Source: a bacterium (lineage in GTDB: Bacteria; UBP15; UBA6099; JAJRTR01). Taken from it: a DNA stretch of 34,552 nucleotides. This document shows, one piece after another, positions 1 to 8,445 of this stretch. The notes under the pieces were generated by a model. That model saw nothing but the letters and a program-made list of their open reading frames with translations, ran no database searches and was not told the DNA's origin. The stretch's first letter is position 1, and every line of letters begins with the position of its first letter. A program made the position numbers and the translations under genes. The DNA is taken from the NCBI GenBank assembly GCA_024278215.1, contig JAJRTR010000152.1:1-34552 (forward strand). The letters run 5' to 3'.

Positions 1-1253
1 CCCATTTCCAGCGCGGTCTGCCTGCGTATCATTGTGACGCGGTCGAGCAGGTCGCCTTTCTGCTCGGGGTCGACGAGTGGGATGAGTCCGTAGCCGATTT
101 CAAGTTCCATCGTGTCGACATGCAGAAGCGATGTAACTGCCTCGGGACTGGCGTAAGGGGGCACCGGCCCCGGCTCTGCGCCGCCGTCGTCCACTGCCGC
201 CGCCGCTCCTGCCGCCGCGCCGCCCCTGCCGCGTTCCGGTGTGGTGCCGGGCACTACGGGTTTGAGCCCTTTTTTGTCGAATGCGTATCCGAGTCCGCCG
301 ACTATGGCGGTCATTGTAAAGAGTGAGAACATCAGGCTGGCAGAGCCGGAGAATAATGATCCGAGTGTGAAGATGCCCAGGATCATCGCGGCGATGTACA
401 TAGCTCTTTTCTGGCCTACCATCTGTGTGACGATGTCGCCGCTCAGGTTCTCTTCGGAAGCAGCGTTGGTGACCATGATGCCTGTAGCGGTGGACATCAG
501 AAGTGTCGGCAAAGCTGCGGCGAGTCCGTCGCCTATGGTCAGTCTCGTGTATGTCTGGACGGCTTCGGTCCAGTCCATTCCTTTGACGGCCATACCTATT
601 ATCAGACCGCCGCCTATGTTTATCAGAGTTATAATTATTCCCGCGATAGCATCCCGCTGGACAAACCGGCTGGCTCCGTCCATGGCGCCGAAGTAGTCTG
701 CCTCGAGTTCGATTTTACGGCGGCGCGTTCTTGCTTCGTCGTCGGTGATCAGTCCGTTGTTCAGGTCGGCGTCGATGCTCATCTGTTTGCCGGGCATGGC
801 GTCGAGTGTGAATCTCGCGGCGACTTCACCGATGCGCTGCGCGCCGTGGGTGATGACTACAAAGTTGACGATTACGATTATGGAGAATATTATAGCGCCT
901 ACTATGTAGCTGCCGCCTGTGACGAATGTCCCGAATGTGTTTATGACTTCTCCAGCGTTGGCGTTCAGCAGGATGGACCTTGTGGTCGTTATGTTCAGGG
1001 CCAGTCTGAATATGGTCGATATCAGGATCACTGTCGGGAACACCGAGAACTCGAGTGGCTCACTGACGTACATCGTGACAAGTATTGCGAGTATTGATAA
1101 TGTCAAACTGGCGCCGACGAGGAAATTGATCAGCATCGGGGGAACGGGTATGACCATCATCAGGACTATAAGGACAATGGCCATCGGCAGAGCCAGTTCC
1201 GTAAGCTGGGTTACATCACTAAAAAAACTCTTGATGGTATTCAGAAGCTTCAT
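1..1253 (-). CDS. flhA: Flagellar export gate protein FlhA (5' part; truncated at the window's left edge)
   Basis: Manual translation from ATG at 1253 (MKLLNTIKS...) gives FPTVILISTIFRLALNITTTR, EVAARFTLDAMPGKQMSIDADL, GAMDGASRFVQRDAIAG and ELEIGYGLIPLVD. The frame stays open to the edge, so it is not in the ORF track. Confidence 0.97.
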   Translation of the reverse strand, partial: MKLLNTIKSFFSDVTQLTELALPMAIVLIVLMMVIPVPPMLINFLVGASLTLSILAILVTMYVSEPLEFSVFPTVILISTIFRLALNITTTRSILLNANAGEVINTFGTFVTGGSYIVGAIIFSIIVIVNFVVITHGAQRIGEVAARFTLDAMPGKQMSIDADLNNGLITDDEARTRRRKIELEADYFGAMDGASRFVQRDAIAGIIITLINIGGGLIIGMAVKGMDWTEAVQTYTRLTIGDGLAAALPTLLMSTATGIMVTNAASEENLSGDIVTQMVGQKRAMYIAAMILGIFTLGSLFSGSASLMFSLFTMTAIVGGLGYAFDKKGLKPVVPGTTPERGRGGAAAGAAAAVDDGGAEPGPVPPYASPEAVTSLLHVDTMELEIGYGLIPLVDPEQKGDLLDRVTMIRRQTALEM

Positions 1254-1274
1254 CGTTTGATTTTTTTGCCTTTG

Positions 1275-1302
1275 TTTATGATAAAATCATTCTTTTTGTC
1301 AA
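1275..1302 (-). promoter_or_regulatory. Putative sigma70-type promoter for flhA (TTGACA-N16-CATAAA)
   Basis: Perfect -35 hexamer in an AT-rich intergenic region just upstream of the flhA start; closely resembles the element upstream of flgC. Confidence 0.45.
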
Positions 1303-1416
1303 ATGCTTATTATATTTATAAGTGTTATGTTTGACAAGTTTAATATAATTTCCTGTTATTTTACGCTTTTTTGATAATATAAACTATTTTGTTTTATGGC
1401 CTCGTTTGCGACCGGC

Positions 1417-2493
1417 TCAGAGCCCGAAACTCGGTTTTGATTTACTTATGCGATAGATGTATGCAAGAATCTCGGCGACTGCTTTAAACAGTTGCGGCGG
1501 TATGTAGTCGTCGATATCGCACAATTTGAAAAGGGACCGCGCGAGCGGCGGATTCTCCACTATTGGCACATTGTTCTCGCGGGCTATATCTTTTATTTTT
1601 TCTGCTACAACACCACCGCCTTTGGCAACTACTTTTGGGGCGTGCATATCATCCGAATCATACGTCAGCGCTACCGCAAGCTCGATAGGATTCGTGATGA
1701 CGACGTCCGCCTCGGGCACAGATGACATCATTCGCCGCATAGCCATCTCACGCTGTTTCTGCCTGATACGCCTTCTTACCAGAGGGTCGCCTTCTCTCTG
1801 TTTGTACTCGTCTTTTATCTCCTGCTTGCTCATTTTTATGCCTTTTTCAAAGTCGTACTTCTGGTACGCGAAGTCGAGTATCGCAAGCAGCACGAGCACT
1901 ATAGAGACTTTTATCACGAACCATAATGTTATATTGGCGAACAGGGCTGACGCATCACGTATTTCCATTACACTCATCTGGGCAAACTGGGGAAGCAGAT
2001 TTTGAATAGTGGAATACGCAATGTAGCCAACTATGGCAATCTTGGCAATATTTTTAAAAAGTTCTGTAACGGACCTTAGAGAAAAGAGTCTCTTAAAGCC
2101 GGATATAGGATCAATTTTATTGAGTTGTGGCTTTATTGGTTCTGAAGAGAATTGTAAACCTATCTGCAGGAAATTCGAGAGAAACGCTATTAGGAAGAGC
2201 ACCAGCATAATTGGGAAAAGCACCCTAACGCTGAAGAAAAACATGTCTATAAGCAGGAAGGAGACGTTTGTCTCATTGAACGGCATGTGAGAGAAAATCA
2301 GGGGAGACAGCATCCATTGCATGTAGCGCTCGAGATAGACGACCATGTACTTGCCCCACACACCGATCATGCATGTGCCGAGCAAAAGCAGGAATGCCGA
2401 ACTGAACTCCTGGCTTTTTGCCACCTGCCCCTTTTTTCTTGCTTCCTCGCGCCGTCGTGGCGTTGCCGGCTCTGTCTTTTCTTCGTCTGCCAT
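1417..2493 (-). CDS. flhB: Flagellar export substrate-specificity switch FlhB
   Basis: EKTEPATPRRREEARKKGQVAKS N-terminus, four hydrophobic segments, KMSKQEIKDEYKQREGDP, ADVVITNP, APKVVAKG, ENPPLARSL. Confidence 0.98.
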   Translation of the reverse strand: MADEEKTEPATPRRREEARKKGQVAKSQEFSSAFLLLLGTCMIGVWGKYMVVYLERYMQWMLSPLIFSHMPFNETNVSFLLIDMFFFSVRVLFPIMLVLFLIAFLSNFLQIGLQFSSEPIKPQLNKIDPISGFKRLFSLRSVTELFKNIAKIAIVGYIAYSTIQNLLPQFAQMSVMEIRDASALFANITLWFVIKVSIVLVLLAILDFAYQKYDFEKGIKMSKQEIKDEYKQREGDPLVRRRIRQKQREMAMRRMMSSVPEADVVITNPIELAVALTYDSDDMHAPKVVAKGGGVVAEKIKDIARENNVPIVENPPLARSLFKLCDIDDYIPPQLFKAVAEILAYIYRISKSKPSFGL

Positions 2494-2523
2494 AGACTAC
2501 GGTTTATGACCTGCTTTTCTGTG

Positions 2524-2707
2524 GAGCCACTTGCAAAAGTCTGTTCTGGCGCGGACGGCTGCAATTGCAATTGTCCGCAACAGCGTTGTCGCCGCAAAAT
2601 CGTCCTTGACGTACTATAGGGGTACGCCTGCGGGGATATTACCCCTTCGCCTTGCTTCGATCAGTTTCGTTCGCCCTCGTTAGGAACATGCTTTTGCAAG
2701 CAGGCTC
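2524..2707. mobile_element. MITE-like non-autonomous element, 184 bp, IS5/IS1182-type ends
   Basis: Imperfect terminal inverted repeats GAGCC-ACTTGCAAAAGTCTGTTC / GAGCCTGCTTGCAAAAGCATGTTC, flanked by TGTG at 2520-2523 and 2708-2711; internal hairpins; no transposase. Confidence 0.7.
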
Positions 2708-2778
2708 TGTGTATTGCCGCAGCATTTCAGCCGGCTGATGTTTTATGTGTATTTCGGGGACTGGCGCTTTAAACCCGG

Positions 2779-3573
2779 TCACCCTCCGCCGGCTGCCATT
2801 TTCATCAACATCACTATATCTCTGAACATCACGTCGTAGTATTGACGCAGGAGATATAAAACATATCCGATCGAGACCAGCATCATGAACAATCCGACAA
2901 AGATTTTCAGTGGCAGCCCGACTATGAATATATTCATCTGGGGCACTGTTCGCGCGAGCACCCCGAGCGATACTGATACAAGCAGCAGGGTGAAAATCAT
3001 CGGCATCCCTATCTTGTAGGCGATGACGTACATTTTCGTAAGCCATGTTGTAACTTCGATCCCCAGCGGTTCCGACACTGTAAATGAGCCGAGCGGCAGT
3101 ATCAGGTAGCTGTCCGCTATGATCCGGATCAGCACATGGTGTCCGTTGATGACAAAGAACAACAGGACGGCGATAATGAACTCGAATTGCCCGAGTATCG
3201 ACACCTGCTGCTCCGACATCGGGTCTACGACGTTGACTATGCCGAACCCTACCTGTATGCCGAATATGCGGCCGGATACCTGCATGGCTGTGAACATCAG
3301 GTTTCCGATAACACCGATCATTATACCCACGAGCGCTTCCCGGGCCATCAATATCCAGAACATGACCATTTCGCCCGGAAGCGGTGGGAACCCCCTGGAT
3401 ACTATAGGGAACATTATTATACTGAGAAGAAAGGCGAATCCTATTTTTGATGTGTTCGGCACTGAACTGCTGCCGATCAGCGGTGAAAATGCTATCATTG
3501 AACCAAGCCGGGACAATACCAGCAGGAAATACTGAAATGTAAGAACGTTTATATCCAGCCAGTTCATGGGCAA
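2779..3573 (-). CDS. fliR: Flagellar export protein FliR
   Basis: Hydrophobic 264-aa protein with QVGFGIVNVVDP, NGHHVLI and LARTVPQMNIFIVGLPLKI motifs; follows fliQ. Confidence 0.97.
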   Translation of the reverse strand: MPMNWLDINVLTFQYFLLVLSRLGSMIAFSPLIGSSSVPNTSKIGFAFLLSIIMFPIVSRGFPPLPGEMVMFWILMAREALVGIMIGVIGNLMFTAMQVSGRIFGIQVGFGIVNVVDPMSEQQVSILGQFEFIIAVLLFFVINGHHVLIRIIADSYLILPLGSFTVSEPLGIEVTTWLTKMYVIAYKIGMPMIFTLLLVSVSLGVLARTVPQMNIFIVGLPLKIFVGLFMMLVSIGYVLYLLRQYYDVMFRDIVMLMKMAAGGG

Positions 3574-3582
3574 TCCGTGAGG

Positions 3583-3852
3583 TTATCTGACGTAATTCGG
3601 TAGATTCAGCAATAGGTTGCTTGAGAACATAAGCACCTGCTGGAGCATCCAACTGCCGAAAATCACCAGCGCGAACAGTACGGCTGCGATTTTCGGGATG
3701 AACGTCAGTGTCATTTCCTGGATAGATGTCACCGCCTGGAAAATGGCGACCAGAACACCAACTATGAGTCCAAGCCCCAGCATCGGCCCGGCGACGAATA
3801 TCACCAGTCTCATCGCGCCGGCACCCACGTCTATTATCATACCTTCTGTCAT
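3583..3852 (-). CDS. fliQ: Flagellar export protein FliQ
   Basis: 89 aa; GLIVGVLVAIFQAVTSIQEMTLTFIPKI signature. Confidence 0.98.
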   Translation of the reverse strand: MTEGMIIDVGAGAMRLVIFVAGPMLGLGLIVGVLVAIFQAVTSIQEMTLTFIPKIAAVLFALVIFGSWMLQQVLMFSSNLLLNLPNYVR

Positions 3853-3901
3853 CTACGGCTCCAGTTGTTAATGACTACCGTCTGTGTTTCTCTGTATCCA
3901 G

Positions 3902-4705
3902 CTACATATTGAAGCTGAGCACGATACCTCTCGCGATCAGTGTCCAACCGTCGATCATGATAAATATCAGAAGCTTGAATGGTAGTGATATCATTATCGG
4001 CGGCAACATCATCATGCCCATCGACATGAGAACACTCGCTACTACCATGTCTATTACAAGGAATGGAATATATATTATGAATCCCATCTCGAAAGCTGAT
4101 TTCAATTCGGATACCAGGAAGGCCGGCATTAGAACATACGTGGGCACTTCGCTTGCGTTTTTCGGCCTTTCCATTCTGGAAATGTTTATGAAAAGGGCGA
4201 GGTCTTTTTCCCTCGTTTGCTTGAACATGAATTTCCTGAGCGGCTTTTCCGCCGCCTTGAATGCTTCGACGTGTGTCAACTCCTGGTTCAGGTATGGCTG
4301 GAGCGCGGTTTCGTTTATTTCTTTGAAGACCGGTGCCATTATGAAAAATGTCAGGAACAGCGCGATGCCCGCCAGCACCTGTGTGGGCGGCATCTGCTGT
4401 GTGCCTATCGCCTGCCTCGTCAGCGACAACACTATGATTATCCTCATGAAGGATGTTGTCATGATTACTATCGACGGGGCCAGTGAAAGTATCGTCAGGA
4501 GGAATATGATCTGTAGCGAAAGAGCAACATCTTGAGGGTTCTGCGCTTCTTGCACTCCGAACCTGATGCTGGGTATAGGCATGCTGCCGGGTTCCGCGCC
4601 CAGCACGGGAATGGCGATCAGCACCAGTACCGGCAGTATCACCGGCAACAGGAGCTTCAGCTTGAATCCCGACCTCGTTATTTTTTCACTCAGGCTTTTT
4701 ATCAT
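3902..4705 (-). CDS. fliP: Flagellar export protein FliP
   Basis: LTILSLAPSIVIMTTSFMRIIIV, QQMPP, PAFLVSELKSAF, MGMMMLPPIMISLPFKLLIF; N-terminal signal-like segment. Confidence 0.98.
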   Translation of the reverse strand: MIKSLSEKITRSGFKLKLLLPVILPVLVLIAIPVLGAEPGSMPIPSIRFGVQEAQNPQDVALSLQIIFLLTILSLAPSIVIMTTSFMRIIIVLSLTRQAIGTQQMPPTQVLAGIALFLTFFIMAPVFKEINETALQPYLNQELTHVEAFKAAEKPLRKFMFKQTREKDLALFINISRMERPKNASEVPTYVLMPAFLVSELKSAFEMGFIIYIPFLVIDMVVASVLMSMGMMMLPPIMISLPFKLLIFIMIDGWTLIARGIVLSFNM

Positions 4706-5459
4706 CTTCCAGCCTTTTCAGCTTCTCTTTGAGTTTCTCTACAAACGGCACCGGTTGCGCCGGCTCGACACTGCCCGCGTCTATACCTTCGACTGCAGTT
4801 TCGAGTTCTCCCTGGAATCCCACGCTGCCCTTGTCACGCCATTCGCCCAGGATATCACCGGAATCCTTTTCGCTTGTGAGTTCCGTGAGATATACCATTC
4901 CTTTTTCGCTCGATCCGAGCAATATAATCTTGCTGCCGACTGCTACGAGGTGCAGGCTTTTATTTGTGCCCAGGGTCACCACATCAAGAACTTTTATATG
5001 CTTCCCTTTAAGATCATATCGCATTCCGCGCGCATAAAAAAGCTTCATCACATATATAACGCCTATTATGAGCACAACCACAATGATCAGGCTCAGGAGG
5101 ACACGCCATATACTCATCGTTTCCTTTTCGCCTTCTCTGTTCATCGAGAAAGGCATCTCGTAGTCTTCCATCGTTTTGATGTCGTCGGGGACGATGTTGC
5201 CGGTGGAGACCGATTCACTGGTGGAATCTATTGTAGGCGTGGCATAAGCGGTGGTGTTGGATTCGTTTAATTCGGGTGCTTCTATTGCGGAACATGTTGA
5301 AGTCGCGCACAGGAGAACTGCAACAACAAATAATGTGACCGTGAGTGTGTATCCGGCGGGTATTTTTCTGTTTATGTATTCGATCATGCTGCAATATAAA
5401 CTGTTCAGCGCCGGGTAAAAACACCGGTGCCCGTTTATACGATTATCCACCTCCGACAT
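4686..5459 (-). CDS. fliO: Flagellar protein FliO/FliZ (start uncertain, may lie further downstream)
   Basis: TM helix followed by IKVLDVVTLGTNKSLHLVAVGSKIILLGSSE, typical of FliO; lies directly before fliP. Confidence 0.85.
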   Translation of the reverse strand: MSEVDNRINGHRCFYPALNSLYCSMIEYINRKIPAGYTLTVTLFVVAVLLCATSTCSAIEAPELNESNTTAYATPTIDSTSESVSTGNIVPDDIKTMEDYEMPFSMNREGEKETMSIWRVLLSLIIVVVLIIGVIYVMKLFYARGMRYDLKGKHIKVLDVVTLGTNKSLHLVAVGSKIILLGSSEKGMVYLTELTSEKDSGDILGEWRDKGSVGFQGELETAVEGIDAGSVEPAQPVPFVEKLKEKLKRLEDDKKPE

Positions 5460-5476
5460 AAAAAGTTAACCGATAA

Positions 5477-5505
5477 ATTATATCACTTTTTCCAGATACG
5501 TTTAA
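5477..5505 (-). promoter_or_regulatory. Putative extended -10 sigma70 promoter for fliO-fliPQR
   Basis: TTAAAC-N17-TATAAT with TG at the extended -10 position (TGATATAAT) in the fliY-fliO gap. Confidence 0.5.
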
Positions 5506-5534
5506 GGTTGGAGCGAATTATATATTATTTGGAA

Positions 5535-6527
5535 TCACTTTTCCATGATTCTTTGTTTAGGAGTGACAAGTTCCGTGACTCGGACGCCGAACTTGTCGCC
5601 AATCGAGACGACCTGTCCTCGCGCAATGAGCTGGTCGGCGACGGTGATCCTTATGGGCTTGTCCGCCATGGCATCGAGTTCGACTATGGAACCGGCTGAG
5701 AGCCCGAGTATGTTTTCCGCCGGTACTCTGGTTTTCCCGAGTTCGATGATCACTTCCACCGGTATCCCCATCATGACATCGAGGTTTCTTCTGATATTCT
5801 CCGGTGCCGACTGAAATATTTTTTGTTGCGCCGATGTTCTCTGTTTCTTGACTTCGGCCTTCTGTACCTGCGGTATTTTCAGTTGTTCGAGCGGTTTCCT
5901 CGATGCTTTTTTCTTTGGCGGGGCGGGCGTTTGTTTTTCGGTTTTTATTTCTTCTTTTATCACTGTTTCGGGTATGGCCTGCTCGATGAAACTCAGGGGA
6001 AACAGCTGCTCGACCATGCAGTAGCCGAGGGGCCCCGCATCCATGGGGTATTTGATGCGCAGATATTCTTCTATGCCGTTCAGGGCCGGAAGTTCTTTTA
6101 TGTACTGGGCCGGAGCGGCAAGTATTACCAGCGCCACTTCCGACTTGAATCTCCTGCCGAGTGTGCGGCTGAACTTTTCGTTTACCGTGCCCCACACCTG
6201 CCCGCAGGCTTCCTGGAATGCACTTGCGTGAAGGTCGGTGAATTTGTCCGGGACCTGCTGCGAGCCGGGATTTATTATTCTTTCGGGGATCGCTATGCCC
6301 ATCGGCAGCGGCATGAGCAGCAACGACATGCCGGGGACAGGCCCCGCGAAAGAAGTGACCGCTATAACACGCTTGTCGTTATATTCTTTTTCCACCTTCG
6401 TCCCGTCAATTATTTCACAGACGGGTTCTTCGATCTTGAGCGCTATAGTGGCAAGGCTGGATATAGTGGCCTGCCAGGTGTCGGCAAAAGAACTAAAAAG
6501 AGGTTGAATAAAATCAGTGTTTATCAC
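5535..6527 (-). CDS. fliY: FliY-like C-ring protein (degenerate CheC-like domain plus C-terminal FliN/SpoA domain)
   Basis: C-terminal IPVEVIIELGKT...GSIVELD...IARGQVV...FGVRVTE (FliN domain); N-terminal CheC-like region; position after fliM. Confidence 0.8.
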   Translation of the reverse strand: MINTDFIQPLFSSFADTWQATISSLATIALKIEEPVCEIIDGTKVEKEYNDKRVIAVTSFAGPVPGMSLLLMPLPMGIAIPERIINPGSQQVPDKFTDLHASAFQEACGQVWGTVNEKFSRTLGRRFKSEVALVILAAPAQYIKELPALNGIEEYLRIKYPMDAGPLGYCMVEQLFPLSFIEQAIPETVIKEEIKTEKQTPAPPKKKASRKPLEQLKIPQVQKAEVKKQRTSAQQKIFQSAPENIRRNLDVMMGIPVEVIIELGKTRVPAENILGLSAGSIVELDAMADKPIRITVADQLIARGQVVSIGDKFGVRVTELVTPKQRIMEK

Positions 6528-6587
6528 TTGTGGGGGTCAGCCTGCATGAAAAGCAACTCCCGCCGGGCAAAACAGCGGCGGGCGGGA

Positions 6588-7676
6588 TCAGTCGTCCCTT
6601 TCATGCACCACTTCCGTAGTTTGCACCGCTATCGACTTGCCGACCTGGCCGGGACGTCCCTTGAATTTCAGTTTGTTGCCGACGTATATGTCGATGTCCT
6701 CGTTGACTTTCTGGTTGAGTTGCAGGACATCGCCTACATTCAGGTTCAGGAAATCCTTCAGGGTAACAACGGAATTTCCAAGTTCGGCTGTCAGGTCGAC
6801 AGTGGTTTTCAGCAATCGCTGTTCGACTTTCATTGCAGAAATGGGTGAGCTTGTGCGCCTGTATGTGGCGAACCACTCCTGGATACTGAGCTTGCTGAGC
6901 ACTCCTTCGAGCATTATGTACGGGACGGCGATGTTCATACGCCCTGTTTTCTCGCCGACCTCTGCTTCGAGGTTGATAAGAATCGTCATTTCTCCAGGAG
7001 GCACGATCTGCACAAAGTAGGGGTTGCTTTCGAGCATCTCCAGTTTCGGTGTCACCGTGATGACGTTTGCCCATGATTCTTTGATGAAGTTGAGAGCATC
7101 GTTGAGAATGCTTTCCATAATGTTGATTTCGATATCTGTGAGTTCGCGCGCTTCTTCCTCTTCTTCGCCTGTGCCGCCCAGTAGCCTGTCCATGAGGGGG
7201 AACCCGATCTGGGGGCTGATGTCCATGACGGCGCTTCCCTCCATGGGAAGCAGAGAGAAGACGGAAATTATTGACGGATTCGAAACGGTGTTGATAAAGT
7301 CTTCGTAGGTGACTTCCTCGACGGAAACGACTTTTATGCGTGTGAGAGTTCTTATTTTCGCGGAAAGCGTGTTGGAGAAAAGCCGCGCGAAAGTCTCGTG
7401 GATCATCTGGATGGTGCGTATCTGGTCCTTGGAGAATTTTGAAGCTCTCGAGAAGTCATAAGACTGAACGTCTTTTGCGCTGTCTGCGGGGATGACTGGA
7501 GAAGCGGCCATGCCGCCGCCCGTATCCGAGTCGCCGCCTGTGCTAAGGTCGTCGAGTCCGGGTATCCCCAGATCGTCAAGGCCACCGCCCAAGTCACCGG
7601 AAGCATCGCCGCCGCCTTCGTCGCCTATCTGGTTAATAAGATCATCTATGGCGTCCTGTGATAAAAAATCACCCAA
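6588..7676 (-). CDS. fliM: Flagellar motor switch protein FliM
   Basis: LSQDAIDDL CheY-binding peptide, YDFSRASKFSKDQIRTIQMIHETFAR, DRLLGG, RELTDIE, C-terminal SpoA domain; TTG start. Confidence 0.98.
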   Translation of the reverse strand: MGDFLSQDAIDDLINQIGDEGGGDASGDLGGGLDDLGIPGLDDLSTGGDSDTGGGMAASPVIPADSAKDVQSYDFSRASKFSKDQIRTIQMIHETFARLFSNTLSAKIRTLTRIKVVSVEEVTYEDFINTVSNPSIISVFSLLPMEGSAVMDISPQIGFPLMDRLLGGTGEEEEEARELTDIEINIMESILNDALNFIKESWANVITVTPKLEMLESNPYFVQIVPPGEMTILINLEAEVGEKTGRMNIAVPYIMLEGVLSKLSIQEWFATYRRTSSPISAMKVEQRLLKTTVDLTAELGNSVVTLKDFLNLNVGDVLQLNQKVNEDIDIYVGNKLKFKGRPGQVGKSIAVQTTEVVHERDD

Positions 7677-7717
7677 AGTACTAGTCCTCCCGTGTAGGGG
7701 CTATTCGCTCGTTATTA

Positions 7718-8371
7718 CTACTGTACAAGGAATTCTGTGAAATATATCTCTTCTACGAATCGGATATTTCTCTCTGCAAAGGCTTTGAGAAGTCCGCCGC
7801 GCATCTGGTCTTTCTTGAGCGCGAAGCTCTGGTCGGGGTTGTCCTCGAAGCCAAGCTCGGAAATATCCATTTCGACGCTGCTCGCCGCCGGCGTTGCTGC
7901 TTCCTCTTTTTCGGCCACGCCGGGGAATATGTCCGAATAACTGTACTGTGACAGGAATTCGTTTGCTACATGCAGCAGGACAGCTTTTTTCTTCGCGAAT
8001 TCATCATCGGTCATGCCCCCGGAAACACATACGGAAATCCCTATACTAAGGTAATGTTGTCCATCCGCCATATTGACAATCAGCGGTTTGTCGGACAGCG
8101 GCATGATCGTCTCGCCGTCGTCGTCGCATTCTTTCAGGGTTGTGAAATCTGCCATCACATCTCTGCCGTACGAGTTCGCTGTCGCTTTCTGTATCTCGTC
8201 GCCAAGAGCATTAGTAGCCTTGTTCAGAGAACCGCTGATCATGAAGAAACCGACGGCAACGACAGCAGCTGTCACTATCGCAATAAGAATCAGATGAACA
8301 ACTGTAAATCCACCACTCGGTTTCTTTTTCGGTGCCGGCGCCTGCTCGGTAAGGATTTCTTCTTCCGCCAT
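7718..8371 (-). CDS. fliL: Flagellar basal-body-associated protein FliL
   Basis: Single N-terminal TM after a KKK patch, LIVNMAD...HYL, C-terminal VEEIYFTEFLVQ; directly before fliM. Confidence 0.88.
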   Translation of the reverse strand: MAEEEILTEQAPAPKKKPSGGFTVVHLILIAIVTAAVVAVGFFMISGSLNKATNALGDEIQKATANSYGRDVMADFTTLKECDDDGETIMPLSDKPLIVNMADGQHYLSIGISVCVSGGMTDDEFAKKKAVLLHVANEFLSQYSYSDIFPGVAEKEEAATPAASSVEMDISELGFEDNPDQSFALKKDQMRGGLLKAFAERNIRFVEEIYFTEFLVQ

Positions 8372-8445
8372 GTGCTCTTCCTCCTTGAGTGTCAGTGTAT
8401 GTTACATTCTGCATCACAAATATAAAAACAAAAAATCGCTTGCTT

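Noticed and set aside
2639..3652. 337-aa minus-strand ORF overlapping fliQ and fliR
   Set aside because: Alternative frame of well-supported genes, running into the MITE; no family features.
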